DNA of 64,000 nt, from contig CAVTGW010000006.1 in the NCBI GenBank assembly GCA_963734425.1, forward strand, positions 124,295 to 188,294, written 5' to 3'. The notes under the pieces are model-generated. The model had not been told where the DNA came from, ran no database searches, and was given only the letters and a program-made list of their open reading frames with translations. Below are positions 38,260 to 48,297 of the stretch, piece by piece. Both the position numbers and the translations under genes were made by a program. Position 1 is the stretch's first letter. Each line of letters begins with the position of its first letter. Source of the DNA: an uncultured Solirubrobacterales bacterium. GTDB taxonomy: Bacteria > Actinomycetota > Thermoleophilia > Solirubrobacterales > Solirubrobacteraceae.

Positions 38260-40304
38260 TGCGCGTAGGCGGCCTCCACCGCGCGCTTGGCGGCGGTGTG
38301 GCGGGCCTCGGACTTCGCGGACTCATATCTGCTCACCCAGGCGGCCGGGTCGGCAAGCTCGGCCTCCAGCGCCTGCAGCGCGTCCTCGGCCTCTTGCACC
38401 GCGCTCTCGGCCCGCTCCTGCTCGCGCAGCCTGTTCTTGGAAGGCTCCGAGCCCTTGGACCCAGCCCCGTTGGCTGAGCCGCTTGCCCCTGAGCCGCCCC
38501 CTGAGCCGTTCGATGCCGAGCCGCTTGCCCCCGAGCTGCCGGCCGAGCCGTTGGCGCGCTCGCCGACCGCCGGGCGGCTTGGCCTCGCGCTCTGCGCCGG
38601 CCCGTTCGCACGCTGGGCGGGCTTGCCGAGCTCTCCGGCGGCGGCACGCTCTTCGCGCACCCGCAGATACTCGGGCCAGCCGCCCAGATAGCTGTGCAGA
38701 GTCTGTTCCTCGATCGCCATGGTCCGCGTGCCCACAGCGTCCAGCAGCGCGCGATCGTGGGAGATGAGCAGCAGCGAGCCCTGGAAGGCACGCAGCGCAT
38801 CCTCGAGCGCCTCGCGGCTCTCGAGGTCGAGATGATTGGTCGGCTCGTCGATGATCAGGACGTTGGCGCCAGACTGGACCAGCACCGCAAGCGAGAGACG
38901 CCGCCGCTCGCCCCCCGAGAGCGCCTCCAGCGGCTTCTCGGCCTCCTCGCCCGAGAACAGGAAGCGCCCGAGCAGAGCGCGTGCCTTGTTGGGCGTCAGG
39001 CCCGTCGCTTGCTGTGCGACCTCCAGCACACTGCGCCCAGGCGCTCCGGCGGTGTCGAACTCGTCGGAGTGCTGGGAGAGATAGCCGATCTGGACGTTGT
39101 GACCTCGATGCAGCTTGCCGGCGGCAAGCTCCCGGCGGCCTGCAAGCGTCTCGATCAATGTCGTCTTGCCGCTCCCGTTGGGTCCGACCAGAGAGACGTG
39201 CTCGCCCCGCTCGAGCCACAGCTCGGCCTGCTCCAAGAGCGTGAGCGGCGGCTGGCCGATCTCGACGCGTCCGTCGAGCAGCTCGAAGATCACTCTGCCC
39301 GAGCGCTCTGGCGCCTTGAAGGCGAACTCCAGGACCTTGCCATCCTCGGCCGGGGTCTCGATGCGCTTCATCTTCGCCAGTTGCTTGACTCGAGACTGGG
39401 CCTGGCGCGCCTTGGTCGCCTTGTAGCGGAAGCGTCCGATGAAGCGCTCCATGCGCTCGATCTCGGCCTGCTGGCGCTCGATCGCCTTGCCGAGCGCGAT
39501 TTCGCGGGCTGCGCATTCCTTGCGCCATGCGTGCCAGGTCCCGGAGAAGTAGCGCGAGCGGCCCGCCTCTATCTCCAGTACCGCGGTCCCGACCGCCTCC
39601 AGGAACCAGCGATCGTGGGCGACGAGGACCACGGCGGCGTCGAGCCCTGCAAGCGTCTGCTCCAGCCACTCCAGCGACTCGATGTCGAGGTGATTGGTGG
39701 GCTCGTCGAGCAGCAGCACCTCCGCCCCGCTCGCCAGCACGCGCGCGAGCGATGCACGCGTCAGCTGTCCTCCCGAGAAGGTGTCCAAGCCCCGCTCCAG
39801 ATCCGGCTCGCTGAAACCGAGTCCCCGGGCCATCACGGCGGCACGGTCGCGCCACAGGTAGCCGCCGCGCGCCTCCAGCTGTGCCTGCGCCCGGGCATAG
39901 CGGCCGAGCGTCGCCTCATCGACAGCGCCGCCGGTCATCTCACGCTCGAGCTTTCCCAGCTGGGACTCGATCGCGAGCTCCTCGGCGCAGCCCGAGAGCA
40001 CGTACTCGCGCAGCGACATAACGCCCTCATCGGCCGACCCGACGGCGCTCCCGTCGGCTGGCCTTCTAGCATCGCGCGGGGGACGCTGATCGTGCAGCGC
40101 CACGCGCACGCCCTTCGCCACGCTGAGCTCGCCGGAGTCGATCGACTCCTCGCCGGCGAGCATCCGCAGCAGCGTGGTCTTGCCCGCCCCGTTGCGCCCG
40201 GCGATGGTCATGCGCTCGCGCCGCTCCAGCTTGAACGAGACGCCGCGCAGCAGCGGCTGTCCTCCCATGTCCTTGTGCAGGTCCGATGCGATCAGCAGTG
40301 CCAT
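38235..40304 (-). CDS. ABC-F family ribosome-associated ATPase
   Basis: Two NBDs (GRNGAGKT/FSGGQ, GPNGSGKT/LSGGE), DEPTNHLD x2, no TM, C-terminal coiled coil. Confidence 0.93.
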   Translation of the reverse strand: MALLIASDLHKDMGGQPLLRGVSFKLERRERMTIAGRNGAGKTTLLRMLAGEESIDSGELSVAKGVRVALHDQRPPRDARRPADGSAVGSADEGVMSLREYVLSGCAEELAIESQLGKLEREMTGGAVDEATLGRYARAQAQLEARGGYLWRDRAAVMARGLGFSEPDLERGLDTFSGGQLTRASLARVLASGAEVLLLDEPTNHLDIESLEWLEQTLAGLDAAVVLVAHDRWFLEAVGTAVLEIEAGRSRYFSGTWHAWRKECAAREIALGKAIERQQAEIERMERFIGRFRYKATKARQAQSRVKQLAKMKRIETPAEDGKVLEFAFKAPERSGRVIFELLDGRVEIGQPPLTLLEQAELWLERGEHVSLVGPNGSGKTTLIETLAGRRELAAGKLHRGHNVQIGYLSQHSDEFDTAGAPGRSVLEVAQQATGLTPNKARALLGRFLFSGEEAEKPLEALSGGERRRLSLAVLVQSGANVLIIDEPTNHLDLESREALEDALRAFQGSLLLISHDRALLDAVGTRTMAIEEQTLHSYLGGWPEYLRVREERAAAGELGKPAQRANGPAQSARPSRPAVGERANGSAGSSGASGSASNGSGGGSGASGSANGAGSKGSEPSKNRLREQERAESAVQEAEDALQALEAELADPAAWVSRYESAKSEARHTAAKRAVEAAYAHLGTLLED

Positions 40305-40349
40305 CGGGGTCATGGTAGGCGGCAGGCTCCGATAGCATCCACGATCGTC

Positions 40350-40619
40350 TTGCGCCGCTTACTGACCAGTCTCCTCAGCGCCTGCATGCTGCTGCTGATC
40401 CTCGCCCCGTCGGCGCTCGCCTATAACGACGGGCGCGGCTTCTATGGCGCGACCAATGACAAAGTGATCGTCAACGGCGGCTTCATCCTGATCATCTTCT
40501 TCCCCACCTTCGTGTTTGCCATGAGCAAGCTCCAATCGCGCCTGGACAAACGCAAAGAGGCGCGCAAAGCCGCTGAGAAGTCGCGCCTCGGGGACCCGCG
40601 CTGGCGCGGCGGCTGGTAG
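40350..40619 (+). CDS. Small membrane hypothetical protein
   Basis: Signal-like N-terminus, one TM, ends WRGGW; start inferred (TTG). Confidence 0.6.
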   Translation: MRRLLTSLLSACMLLLILAPSALAYNDGRGFYGATNDKVIVNGGFILIIFFPTFVFAMSKLQSRLDKRKEARKAAEKSRLGDPRWRGGW

Positions 40620-40644
40620 ACCAGGCGACGCCCGCGAGACCTCG

Positions 40645-41418
40645 ATGAGCGAACCGGACGCCGTTCGCTACGCCCGCCACGGCGTCGCCGCGGTGCTCAC
40701 GATCGATCGCCAGCATGCCCGCAACGCGGTCGACGGCCCCACCGCGCTCGCATTGGGCGAGGCCTACCAGCGCTTTGAGCACGACCAGGACGCGCGCGTC
40801 CTGGTGCTCAGCGGCGCGGGCGATATCTCCTTCTGCGCAGGGGCGGATCTGAAGAACACCGCCAGCCTTGCGCCGCGGCTGATGAACCCGGAGGGCCCGC
40901 TCGGATTCACGCGCCTGACCTCCTCCAAGCCGACGATCGCCGCGATCTCGGGATTCTGCCTGGCGGGGGGCCTGGAGCTGGCGCTGTGGTGCGACCTGCG
41001 CATCGCCACCGAGGGCTCCACATTCGGCTTTCCCGAGCGCCGCTGGGGCGTGCCGCTGATCGACGGCGGCACTCAGCGGCTGCCGCGCATCGTCGGACTG
41101 GGCCGCGCGCTCGATCTGATCCTCACCGGCAGGATGATCGACGCCCAGGAGGCGTTTGCGATGGGCCTGCTCACCCAGATCGTCTCCCAGGGCGGCCACC
41201 TGGAGCGCGCGCTGGAGCTCGCCGAGGGTCTGGCCCGCTTTCCCCAGTCGACAATGCTCGCCGATCGCCGCGCGGCGATCGAGGGCATGGGCATGACGCT
41301 GGCGGACGGGCTCGCATTCGAGTCCCAGGCCGGCCCCGAGGTCTTCGCGGATGGGGCCCGCGGCGCCGAGCGCTTCGCCGCCGGGGAGGGGCGCGGCGGA
41401 GCTGGAGCCGGAGCCTGA
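40645..41418 (+). CDS. Enoyl-CoA hydratase/crotonase family protein
   Basis: RNAVD, FCAGADL, AGGLELALWCDLR, GVPLIDGGT. Confidence 0.92.
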   Translation: MSEPDAVRYARHGVAAVLTIDRQHARNAVDGPTALALGEAYQRFEHDQDARVLVLSGAGDISFCAGADLKNTASLAPRLMNPEGPLGFTRLTSSKPTIAAISGFCLAGGLELALWCDLRIATEGSTFGFPERRWGVPLIDGGTQRLPRIVGLGRALDLILTGRMIDAQEAFAMGLLTQIVSQGGHLERALELAEGLARFPQSTMLADRRAAIEGMGMTLADGLAFESQAGPEVFADGARGAERFAAGEGRGGAGAGA

Positions 41419-41442
41419 GGCTATCCTCGCTCCTAGATCGCG

Positions 41443-43449
41443 ATGTCCTACTTCATCACAGGCGCGACCGGCTTCATCGGACGCCGACTCGTTCAGCGGC
41501 TGCTTGCGCGCAAGGGCAAGATCTACGTGCTGGTGCGCGAGGAATCGCTGGGCAAGCTCCATGAGCTGATCGGCGAGTGGCAGCCCGCGACGGGACCGTC
41601 CATCGCCAAGCGGGTGCAGCCGGTGATCGGCGATCTGCGCAAGCCGCTGCTTGGCGTCGAGCTGGATCTCCTGACAGAGCTGCGCGGGGGCATCGAGCAC
41701 TTCTTTCACCTCGCCGCGATCTATGACATGACGGCGCCTGCCGAGCGCAACAGGACGCTCAACGTGGGCGGTACCACCCATGCTGTGGAATTGGCCAGAT
41801 CGCTCGAGGTGGAGCACTTCCACCACGTTTCCTCGGTCGCGGTCGCAGGTACCTTCAAAGGCGTCTTCGAGGAGGAGTTCTTCGATGAGGGCCAGCGGCT
41901 GCCATCGCCCTACCACAAGACGAAGTTCGAGTCTGAGCGGATCGTGCGCGAGCAGCCCTATGTGCCGTGGCGCGTCTACCGCCCAGGGATCGTCGTGGGC
42001 GACTCGCGTACGGGCGAGATGGACAAGATCGACGGCCCCTACTACTTCTTCAAGGCGATCCAGCGGATGCGCCAGCTGCTGCCGGAGTGGACGCCCCTGG
42101 TGGGGCTCGACCTGGGCAGGACAAACGTGGTTCCGGTCGACTGGGTGGCAGGCGCCCTCGACCACATAGCCCATCAGCCGAATCTCGATGGACGGGCCTT
42201 TCACCTGACCGATCGCCAACCCCAGCGAGTCGATCGGCTGATCAACGAACTGGCCGCGGCGGCGCATGCACCGCGATTTGCGCTGAGCGTCGACAAGCGG
42301 CTGCTGGACGCGCTGCCCACCGCGCCGATCTCATTGCTGCTGCGGATGCCCCCGTGGCACCAGGCCCGGGGACTGGTGCTCCGCGAGCTGGGCATCCCCG
42401 AGGAGGTGCTGAGCCACATCGACCTGGTACCAGAGTTCGACAACCGGGAAGCCAGACGGGCCCTGGCAGACACCGAGTACGAGCAGCCACCACCATTGGA
42501 GGAGTACGTCGCGCGCCTGTGGGACTACTGGGAGCGCGAGCTCGAGCCCAATGTGGGCAGAAGCAGGACCCTTGGAGAGGCGATCGCCGGCAAGACCGTC
42601 CTGATCACGGGTGGCTCGTCTGGGATCGGCAAGGCGAGCGCGATCAAGATCGCCGCTGCGGGAGGCATCCCGCTGCTGGTGGCGCGCAACGTCGAGAAGC
42701 TGGAGGAGGTGCGCGCGGAGATCGTCGCCGCCGGCGGGACCGCCTATGTCTACAGCGCCGACATCTCCAACATGGAGGAGATCGACCGGCTCGTCGAGCG
42801 GGTCCTGAGCGACCATCGCAACATCGACATGCTCGTCAACAATGCGGGCCGCTCGATCAGACGCTCGATCGCGCTCAGCTACGACCGCTTCCACGACTTC
42901 GAACGCACGATGCAGCTGAACTACTTCGGTGCGATCAGGCTGATCCTCGGGCTGCTGCCCCACATGCGCGATCGCGGCCGCGGGCACATCGTCAACATCT
43001 CCTCGATCGGGGTGCAGACCAGCCCGCCCCGCTTCTCCGCCTATGTCGCCTCCAAGGCAGCGCTCGACGCGTTCACGCGGGTGGTCGCCTCCGAGGTCGT
43101 GGGCGATGGCGTGACCTTCACGACCATCCACATGCCGCTGGTGCGCACGCCGATGATCGCCCCCACCAAGATGTACAACGCCTTCCCGACGATCACGCCC
43201 GAGGAGGCGGCGGAAATGATCTGCGAGGCGCTGAGGACACGTCCCAAGCACATGGGGACGAGGCTCGGAACGTTCGGCGAGGTCGCGTATGCGCTGGCGC
43301 CGAGGGCGGTCGATCAGATCCTGCATCTCGCCTACCGGGTCTTCCCCGATTCCGCTGCTGCGAAGGGCAGCAAGGACAGCGTCGAGGAGGAGCGCACCTC
43401 CTTCGAGCAGATCGCGATGGCCAACCTGATGCGAGGCGTCCACTGGTGA
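41443..43449 (+). CDS. Two-domain fatty acyl-CoA reductase (AcrA1/Maqu_2507-like)
   Basis: N-domain TGATGFIG/YHKTK, C-domain TGGSSGIG/NNAGRSIRRS/YVASK. Confidence 0.85.
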   Translation: MSYFITGATGFIGRRLVQRLLARKGKIYVLVREESLGKLHELIGEWQPATGPSIAKRVQPVIGDLRKPLLGVELDLLTELRGGIEHFFHLAAIYDMTAPAERNRTLNVGGTTHAVELARSLEVEHFHHVSSVAVAGTFKGVFEEEFFDEGQRLPSPYHKTKFESERIVREQPYVPWRVYRPGIVVGDSRTGEMDKIDGPYYFFKAIQRMRQLLPEWTPLVGLDLGRTNVVPVDWVAGALDHIAHQPNLDGRAFHLTDRQPQRVDRLINELAAAAHAPRFALSVDKRLLDALPTAPISLLLRMPPWHQARGLVLRELGIPEEVLSHIDLVPEFDNREARRALADTEYEQPPPLEEYVARLWDYWERELEPNVGRSRTLGEAIAGKTVLITGGSSGIGKASAIKIAAAGGIPLLVARNVEKLEEVRAEIVAAGGTAYVYSADISNMEEIDRLVERVLSDHRNIDMLVNNAGRSIRRSIALSYDRFHDFERTMQLNYFGAIRLILGLLPHMRDRGRGHIVNISSIGVQTSPPRFSAYVASKAALDAFTRVVASEVVGDGVTFTTIHMPLVRTPMIAPTKMYNAFPTITPEEAAEMICEALRTRPKHMGTRLGTFGEVAYALAPRAVDQILHLAYRVFPDSAAAKGSKDSVEEERTSFEQIAMANLMRGVHW

Positions 43450-44332
43450 GCGACGCGCAGCCGGCGATCGAGGTGGGCAATGACGTGCCGCCGGCGATCG
43501 AGGTGCGCGACCTGCGCAAGCGCTACGGCAACTTCGAAGCGGTGCGGGGCATAGACATATCCGTGCGCCGCGGCGAGGTCTTTGGGCTGCTTGGGCCCAA
43601 CGGCGCGGGCAAGACGACCACGGTCGAGATCCTCGAGGGCTATCGCGAGCGCACCGGTGGGGATGTCTCGGTGCTGGGCTATGACCCGGGCATGCGCCGC
43701 CGGGCGCTGCGAGGACGCATCGGCATCGTGCTGCAGTCAGGCGGCATCTACAGCCATGTGACCCCGCGCGAGGCGCTGCGTCACTGGGCCAGCTTCTACC
43801 CCAAACCGCGCGAGGTCGAGGAGGTCCTGGCGCTTGCGGGCCTGCAAGAGCAGGCGGACGTGCGCAGCCGCAGACTCTCGGGGGACAGCTGCGACGCCTG
43901 GACTTCGCGCTGGCGCTTGTGGGCGATCCTGAGCTGATCTTCTTGGATGAGCCCACAACCGGCTTTGACCCCGCGGCACGGCGCAGCGCGTGGGAGACGG
44001 TGCGTTCGTTGCGCGACCTGGGCAAGACGATCCTGCTCACCACCCACTACCTGGACGAGGCCCAGGCACTTGCCGACCGGGTGGCGATCGTCAAGGACGG
44101 GCGCATCCTCGCGATCGGCCCGCCAAGAGAGTTGGGCGTGGGTGCCTCTAACTACAGGGTCGCCTACCGCAACGGAGGCGGCGAGCTGGTGGAGCTGCAG
44201 ACCACCGACCCCACGACGGCCCTGCACGAGCTTACAACGACGGCGCTCGCGCGAGGCGAGCGTCTGGAAGAGCTGAGCGTCGGGCGTCCTACATTGGAGG
44301 ACGTCTACCTGGAGCTCACAGCCGATGTCTGA
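43446..44332 (+). pseudogene. ABC transporter ATP-binding protein, 1-nt deletion in G5 run at 43880-43884
   Basis: GPNGAGKT; restoring one G gives [28 protein letters not shown]. Confidence 0.85.
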
Positions 44333-44378
44333 GTTAGTGGCACTTCTGGAGCTCTGCGCCGATGTCTGAGTCAGTGGC
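44309..44378 (+). repeat. 33-bp junction duplication (29/33) enclosing micro-ORF MSELVALLELCADV (44325-44369)
   Basis: Copies at 44309-44341 and 44346-44378. Confidence 0.85.
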
Positions 44379-45111
44379 GCTCGCATGGCGCCAGTATCGC
44401 CTGGAGCGCTGCATGTTCTGGCGCAATCCCAGCGCCGCGTTCTTCAACTTCCTGCTGCCCCTGCTGTTCCTGGCCGGCGCAGGCGCGATCTTGCATGGCC
44501 ACCAGCACGACCTCAACAAGCTCGTGCCTTCGATCGCGGGCATGAGCGTGATGTCGACGACATTCACAGCACTTGCCTACAACGTCGTGTTCCTGCGCGA
44601 GCGCGGCGTGCTGAAGCGAATCAGGGGGACGCCGCTGCCAACGATCTCCTACTTCGGCGGCGTGGCCGCCAATGCCGTGACCAACACCGCGCTGCAGATC
44701 GCGATCGTCGTGCTCGCGGGCAGGCTCTTCTTCGGGATCGGCTGGCCCCATGACTGGGGCGAGCTGATCGTGTTCGTCGTGGTGGGCGTGGTGTGCTTCG
44801 CCGCGCTGGGCGTCGCCTTTGCCCACCTCATCCCGAACTTCGAGTCCACCGCCGCCTATGTCAACGCCGTCTTCCTGCCGGTGGTGGCCGTCTCCTTCGT
44901 GGTGTTCGACGCCAAAAAAGCCCCCGCATTTCTGCGCAGCGTCGCCGAAGTGCTCCCGCTGAAGCACCTGATCGACGGATTGTCAGGCGCGATGGTGAGC
45001 GGCAGCGGCCTGGGCGGTCACCTCTCCGGGCTCGCCGTGATCGCGCTCTGGGGCGCCTTCGGCCTGTTCTTCGCGGTGCGTGGATTCTCCTGGGAGCAGC
45101 GACGTGGCTAG
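44362..45111 (+). CDS. ABC-2 type permease
   Basis: ERGVLKRIRGTP; six TM segments; LPLKHL. Confidence 0.9.
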   Translation: MSESVALAWRQYRLERCMFWRNPSAAFFNFLLPLLFLAGAGAILHGHQHDLNKLVPSIAGMSVMSTTFTALAYNVVFLRERGVLKRIRGTPLPTISYFGGVAANAVTNTALQIAIVVLAGRLFFGIGWPHDWGELIVFVVVGVVCFAALGVAFAHLIPNFESTAAYVNAVFLPVVAVSFVVFDAKKAPAFLRSVAEVLPLKHLIDGLSGAMVSGSGLGGHLSGLAVIALWGAFGLFFAVRGFSWEQRRG

Positions 45112-45135
45112 GGCAAACGCTAGGCTGGGCACCAC

Positions 45136-45804
45136 ATGAAGCAGCTCGCCGAGGATGTCCACATGTTGAGCGGCTTTCCACCCAACGCGATCAACATCTA
45201 TCTGCTCGGCGATGTCCTGATCGACTCGGGCACCAAGCAGGCGAAGAAACGGATCTTTCGTCAGATCGGCGGACGGAAGCTGAGCGCCCATGCACTCACC
45301 CACGCCCACCCCGACCACCAGGGCTGCAGTCATGTCGTCTGCGAGCGCTTTGGCATCCCGCTGTGGTGCGGCGAGGCCGACGTGTACGCAATGGAGACGC
45401 CGGGCGCCATCAAGAACAGCAATGCCCCCGGATGGCTCAAAGCTGTCCAGGAGCGCCTGTGGCTTGGACCTGTGCACCCGGTGGACCGAGCCTTGCACGA
45501 GGGAGATGAGGTCGCGGGCTTTCAGGTGCTCGAGGTCCCGGGGCACTCACCCGGGCACGTGGCGTTCTGGCGCGAGTCAGACCGTGTGCTGATCTTGGGC
45601 GACGTGCTCAACAACGTGAACCTCAACACCGGCCGGCCCGGCTTGCAGGAGCCGCCGGAGATGTTCACCCCCGATCCGGTCCGCAACCGGGAGTCCGCCA
45701 GGCGCATCGCGGAGCTGCGTCCAGCGCTCGTCTGCTTCGGCCATGGCGCGCCGCTGCGCGATCCCGGCAAGCTCGCCGAGTTCGTCGCCACGCTCCCTGC
45801 ATGA
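45136..45804 (+). CDS. Metallo-beta-lactamase fold hydrolase
   Basis: THAHPDHQG, PGHSPGH, GD, FGHG. Confidence 0.9.
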   Translation: MKQLAEDVHMLSGFPPNAINIYLLGDVLIDSGTKQAKKRIFRQIGGRKLSAHALTHAHPDHQGCSHVVCERFGIPLWCGEADVYAMETPGAIKNSNAPGWLKAVQERLWLGPVHPVDRALHEGDEVAGFQVLEVPGHSPGHVAFWRESDRVLILGDVLNNVNLNTGRPGLQEPPEMFTPDPVRNRESARRIAELRPALVCFGHGAPLRDPGKLAEFVATLPA

Positions 45805-46592
45805 GCGCAAGCGAGAGCGTCTTCCTCGCCGAGGACGGCCTCTTCATTCCCACCGAGCATGCCCGCGGTCCCTGGGACCGCCAGGCACTGCACGGCGGCG
45901 CCCCCGCCTCGCTGATCACGGCCGCCTTCGAGCGGATGCAGCCTGGGGCAGAGCTTCGCATTGGCCGCCTCACCTTCGAGTTCCTGCGCCCCATTCCCCT
46001 CGCGCCGCTGAGACTCGCCACGAGCGTGGTGCGCCCAGGGCGGCGCGTGCAGGAGCTCGCCGCGGAGCTGTACGCCGGCGATCTGCTGATCTGCCGAGCG
46101 GCGGCGCTGCGCGTGCAGGAGGTTCCTGGCGACCTGCCGCCCGTGGCGGCCGATGCATGCGCAGGGCTTCCAGGGCCCGAGACGGGCAAGCCCATTCGCT
46201 TCGCCATCGATGGGACAGATGACGCCAGCTTCGGAGCGAGCGCAATGGAGATGCGCTGGCTGGACGACCCCTTCGCGCTCGGGCCATGTCGTGTGTGGAT
46301 GCGCCTGAGGATGCCCATAGTGGGGGGTTGGGAGACGACGCCGCTCATGCGACTGGTCGCGACTGCTGACTTCGGCAACGGCGTCAGCGCCGCATTGCCG
46401 TTTGACCGCTTCCTCTTCATCAATGCCGATCTCACCGTGCATCTGCAGCGCACTCCCCGTGGAGAGTGGATCGGTCTCGATGCCAGTACCCACCTGCATG
46501 CGGGCGGCAACGGCCTCGCGGAGAGCGTTTTGCACGACGAGGAGGGCGCCGTGGGCCGGGCGTTCCAGACGTTGGTGGTGGGTACCCGCTAG
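45801..46592 (+). CDS. TesB-like (hotdog) thioesterase family protein
   Basis: RGPW...LHGGAP, ADFGNG, FINADLTVHL.R. Confidence 0.85.
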   Translation: MSASESVFLAEDGLFIPTEHARGPWDRQALHGGAPASLITAAFERMQPGAELRIGRLTFEFLRPIPLAPLRLATSVVRPGRRVQELAAELYAGDLLICRAAALRVQEVPGDLPPVAADACAGLPGPETGKPIRFAIDGTDDASFGASAMEMRWLDDPFALGPCRVWMRLRMPIVGGWETTPLMRLVATADFGNGVSAALPFDRFLFINADLTVHLQRTPRGEWIGLDASTHLHAGGNGLAESVLHDEEGAVGRAFQTLVVGTR

Positions 46593-46595
46593 GTA

Positions 46596-46639
46596 GTTGC
46601 GCAAGCAACCATTCTCTGGTAGCTTGTTGTATGAGCAAC
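46596..46639. promoter_or_regulatory. Two tandem palindromic operators GTTG(C/T)-N4-GCAAC upstream of yceI
   Basis: GTTGCGCAAGCAAC (46596-46609) and GTTGTATGAGCAAC (46626-46639), period 30. Confidence 0.6.
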
Positions 46640-46693
46640 CATCTACCGGCGCGTCGTCAGGCGCACGCCGGGCCCGACAACAAGGAGCTTCCG

Positions 46694-47263
46694 ATGTCCG
46701 CACAGCCAGCCACAGAGGTCCAGGAGTCCCAGTCCCCGCTTCCCACCGGTACCTGGCAGGTCGATCCGGTCCATTCGAGCGTTGAGTTTCAGGTCAAGCA
46801 CCTTGGCATCGCCACGGTGAAGGGCCAGTTCAAAGAGTTCGAGGGAACCCTCGAGTTCGGGCCTGACGGCGCCAGCGCCCACGGAACCGTTAAGGTCGCC
46901 AGCGTCGATACCCGCGAGCCCCAGCGCGATGATCACCTGCGCTCGGCCGACTTCTTCGAGGTCGACACCTACCCTGAGATCGCCTTCAAGAGCACCGCCA
47001 TCAGGCCAACCGGATCGGATGAGTTCGAGATCGACAGCGAGCTCACCATCCATGGCATCACCCGGCCGGTGACGCTGAAGGCGACGCTGGAGGGCACCGA
47101 GACCGACCCTCAGGGCAATCCTCGAGTCGGGATCTCCGCGAGCGGCCAGATCGATCGCTCCGACTTCGAGATGCGCTTCAACGCGGCTCTCGGCTCCGGC
47201 AACGTCGTGGTCAGCGACAAGGTCAAGATCCTCGTCGACATCTCGGCGGTCAAGACCGACTGA
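46694..47263 (+). CDS. yceI: YceI family protein
   Basis: WQVDPVHSSVEF.VKHLG, RDDHLRSADFF, IDRSDF; AAGGAG RBS. Confidence 0.92.
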   Translation: MSAQPATEVQESQSPLPTGTWQVDPVHSSVEFQVKHLGIATVKGQFKEFEGTLEFGPDGASAHGTVKVASVDTREPQRDDHLRSADFFEVDTYPEIAFKSTAIRPTGSDEFEIDSELTIHGITRPVTLKATLEGTETDPQGNPRVGISASGQIDRSDFEMRFNAALGSGNVVVSDKVKILVDISAVKTD

Positions 47264-47281
47264 CCGCCGGCCCACCGACGC

Positions 47282-48230
47282 TCAGCGAACGATCACTTCG
47301 CCCAGCGCCTCGTCGATCGCCTCCAGCGTCTGCTGATCGAGCGTGACGCCGGAGGCAGCGGCGTTGGCATGGACCTGCTCAGGGCGGCTGGCGCCCACGA
47401 TCGCCGAGGCGACGTTGCGCTGGCGCAGCACCCATGCCAGCGCCAACTGAGGCATCGACAGCCCGGCCTGCTCGGCGATCGGGGCCAGGCGCTGCACCGC
47501 CTCGAGCACCGGCTCGGCAATGAGGCGATCGATGAAGCCCGCCATGCTCTCGCTCGCCGCCCTGGAATCTGCCGGCGGAGGCTTGCCTGGCGCGTACTTG
47601 CCTGTGAGCACGCCCTGGCCCAGTGGCGACCAGACGATCTGAGAGATGTCCTCGCGCTCGCACAGCGGGATCACCCCAGCCTCGGGGGCCCGCCACAGCA
47701 TCGAATACTGAGGCTGGCTGGATACCCATCTCGCCATGCCTCCCAGCGCAAGCGACTGCTCGATCCGCTCCACGGGCCACTCGCTGAAGCCGATGTAACG
47801 CGCCTTGCCCGCGTCCACCACTTCGGTGAGCGCCTGCATCGTCTCCTCCAGCGGCGTCTCATCGTCATAGCGGTGGCACTGATAGAGATCGACGTAATCG
47901 GTCTGCAGGCGCTGCAGCGACGCGTCCATCTGCTTGTGGATCTGGGCCGCCGAGAGCCCCCGGTCGGTATCGGACATCGAGAAGTACACCTTGGTGGCGA
48001 GGATGTAGGAGGAGCGCTCGTAGCTGGAGAGCACCTCTCCCAGCAGCGTCTCCGCGGCGCCTCTGCCCGTAGACGTTGGCGGTGTCGAAGAAGTTGATGC
48101 CCGCCTCGAAGGCCGCCTTGACGCATGCCTCGGACTGTTCGCGCTGGACTCCACCAGAGTAGGTGAGCCACGAGCCGAGGCTGATATCCGAGACCTCGAG
48201 GGGGCTGGACCCTAGTTTGCGGAAGTTCAC
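47282..48230 (-). pseudogene. Aldo/keto reductase, +1 frameshift (extra G) at ~48066-48068
   Basis: GINFFDTANVYG then, after the shift, GAAETLLG..LATKV, DLYQCH, WSPLGQGVLTGKY. Confidence 0.85.
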
Positions 48231-48297
48231 GCCCCCAGCCTACCCGTCGCAGCGTGCTCACAACCCTCCGGCGGCAGCGCTGGCATTTTCGTCACGC

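Noticed and set aside
38455-38560. 15-nt GAGCCG repeats in ABC-F
   Set aside because: Encode a Gly/Ser linker; ordinary low-complexity coding repeat.
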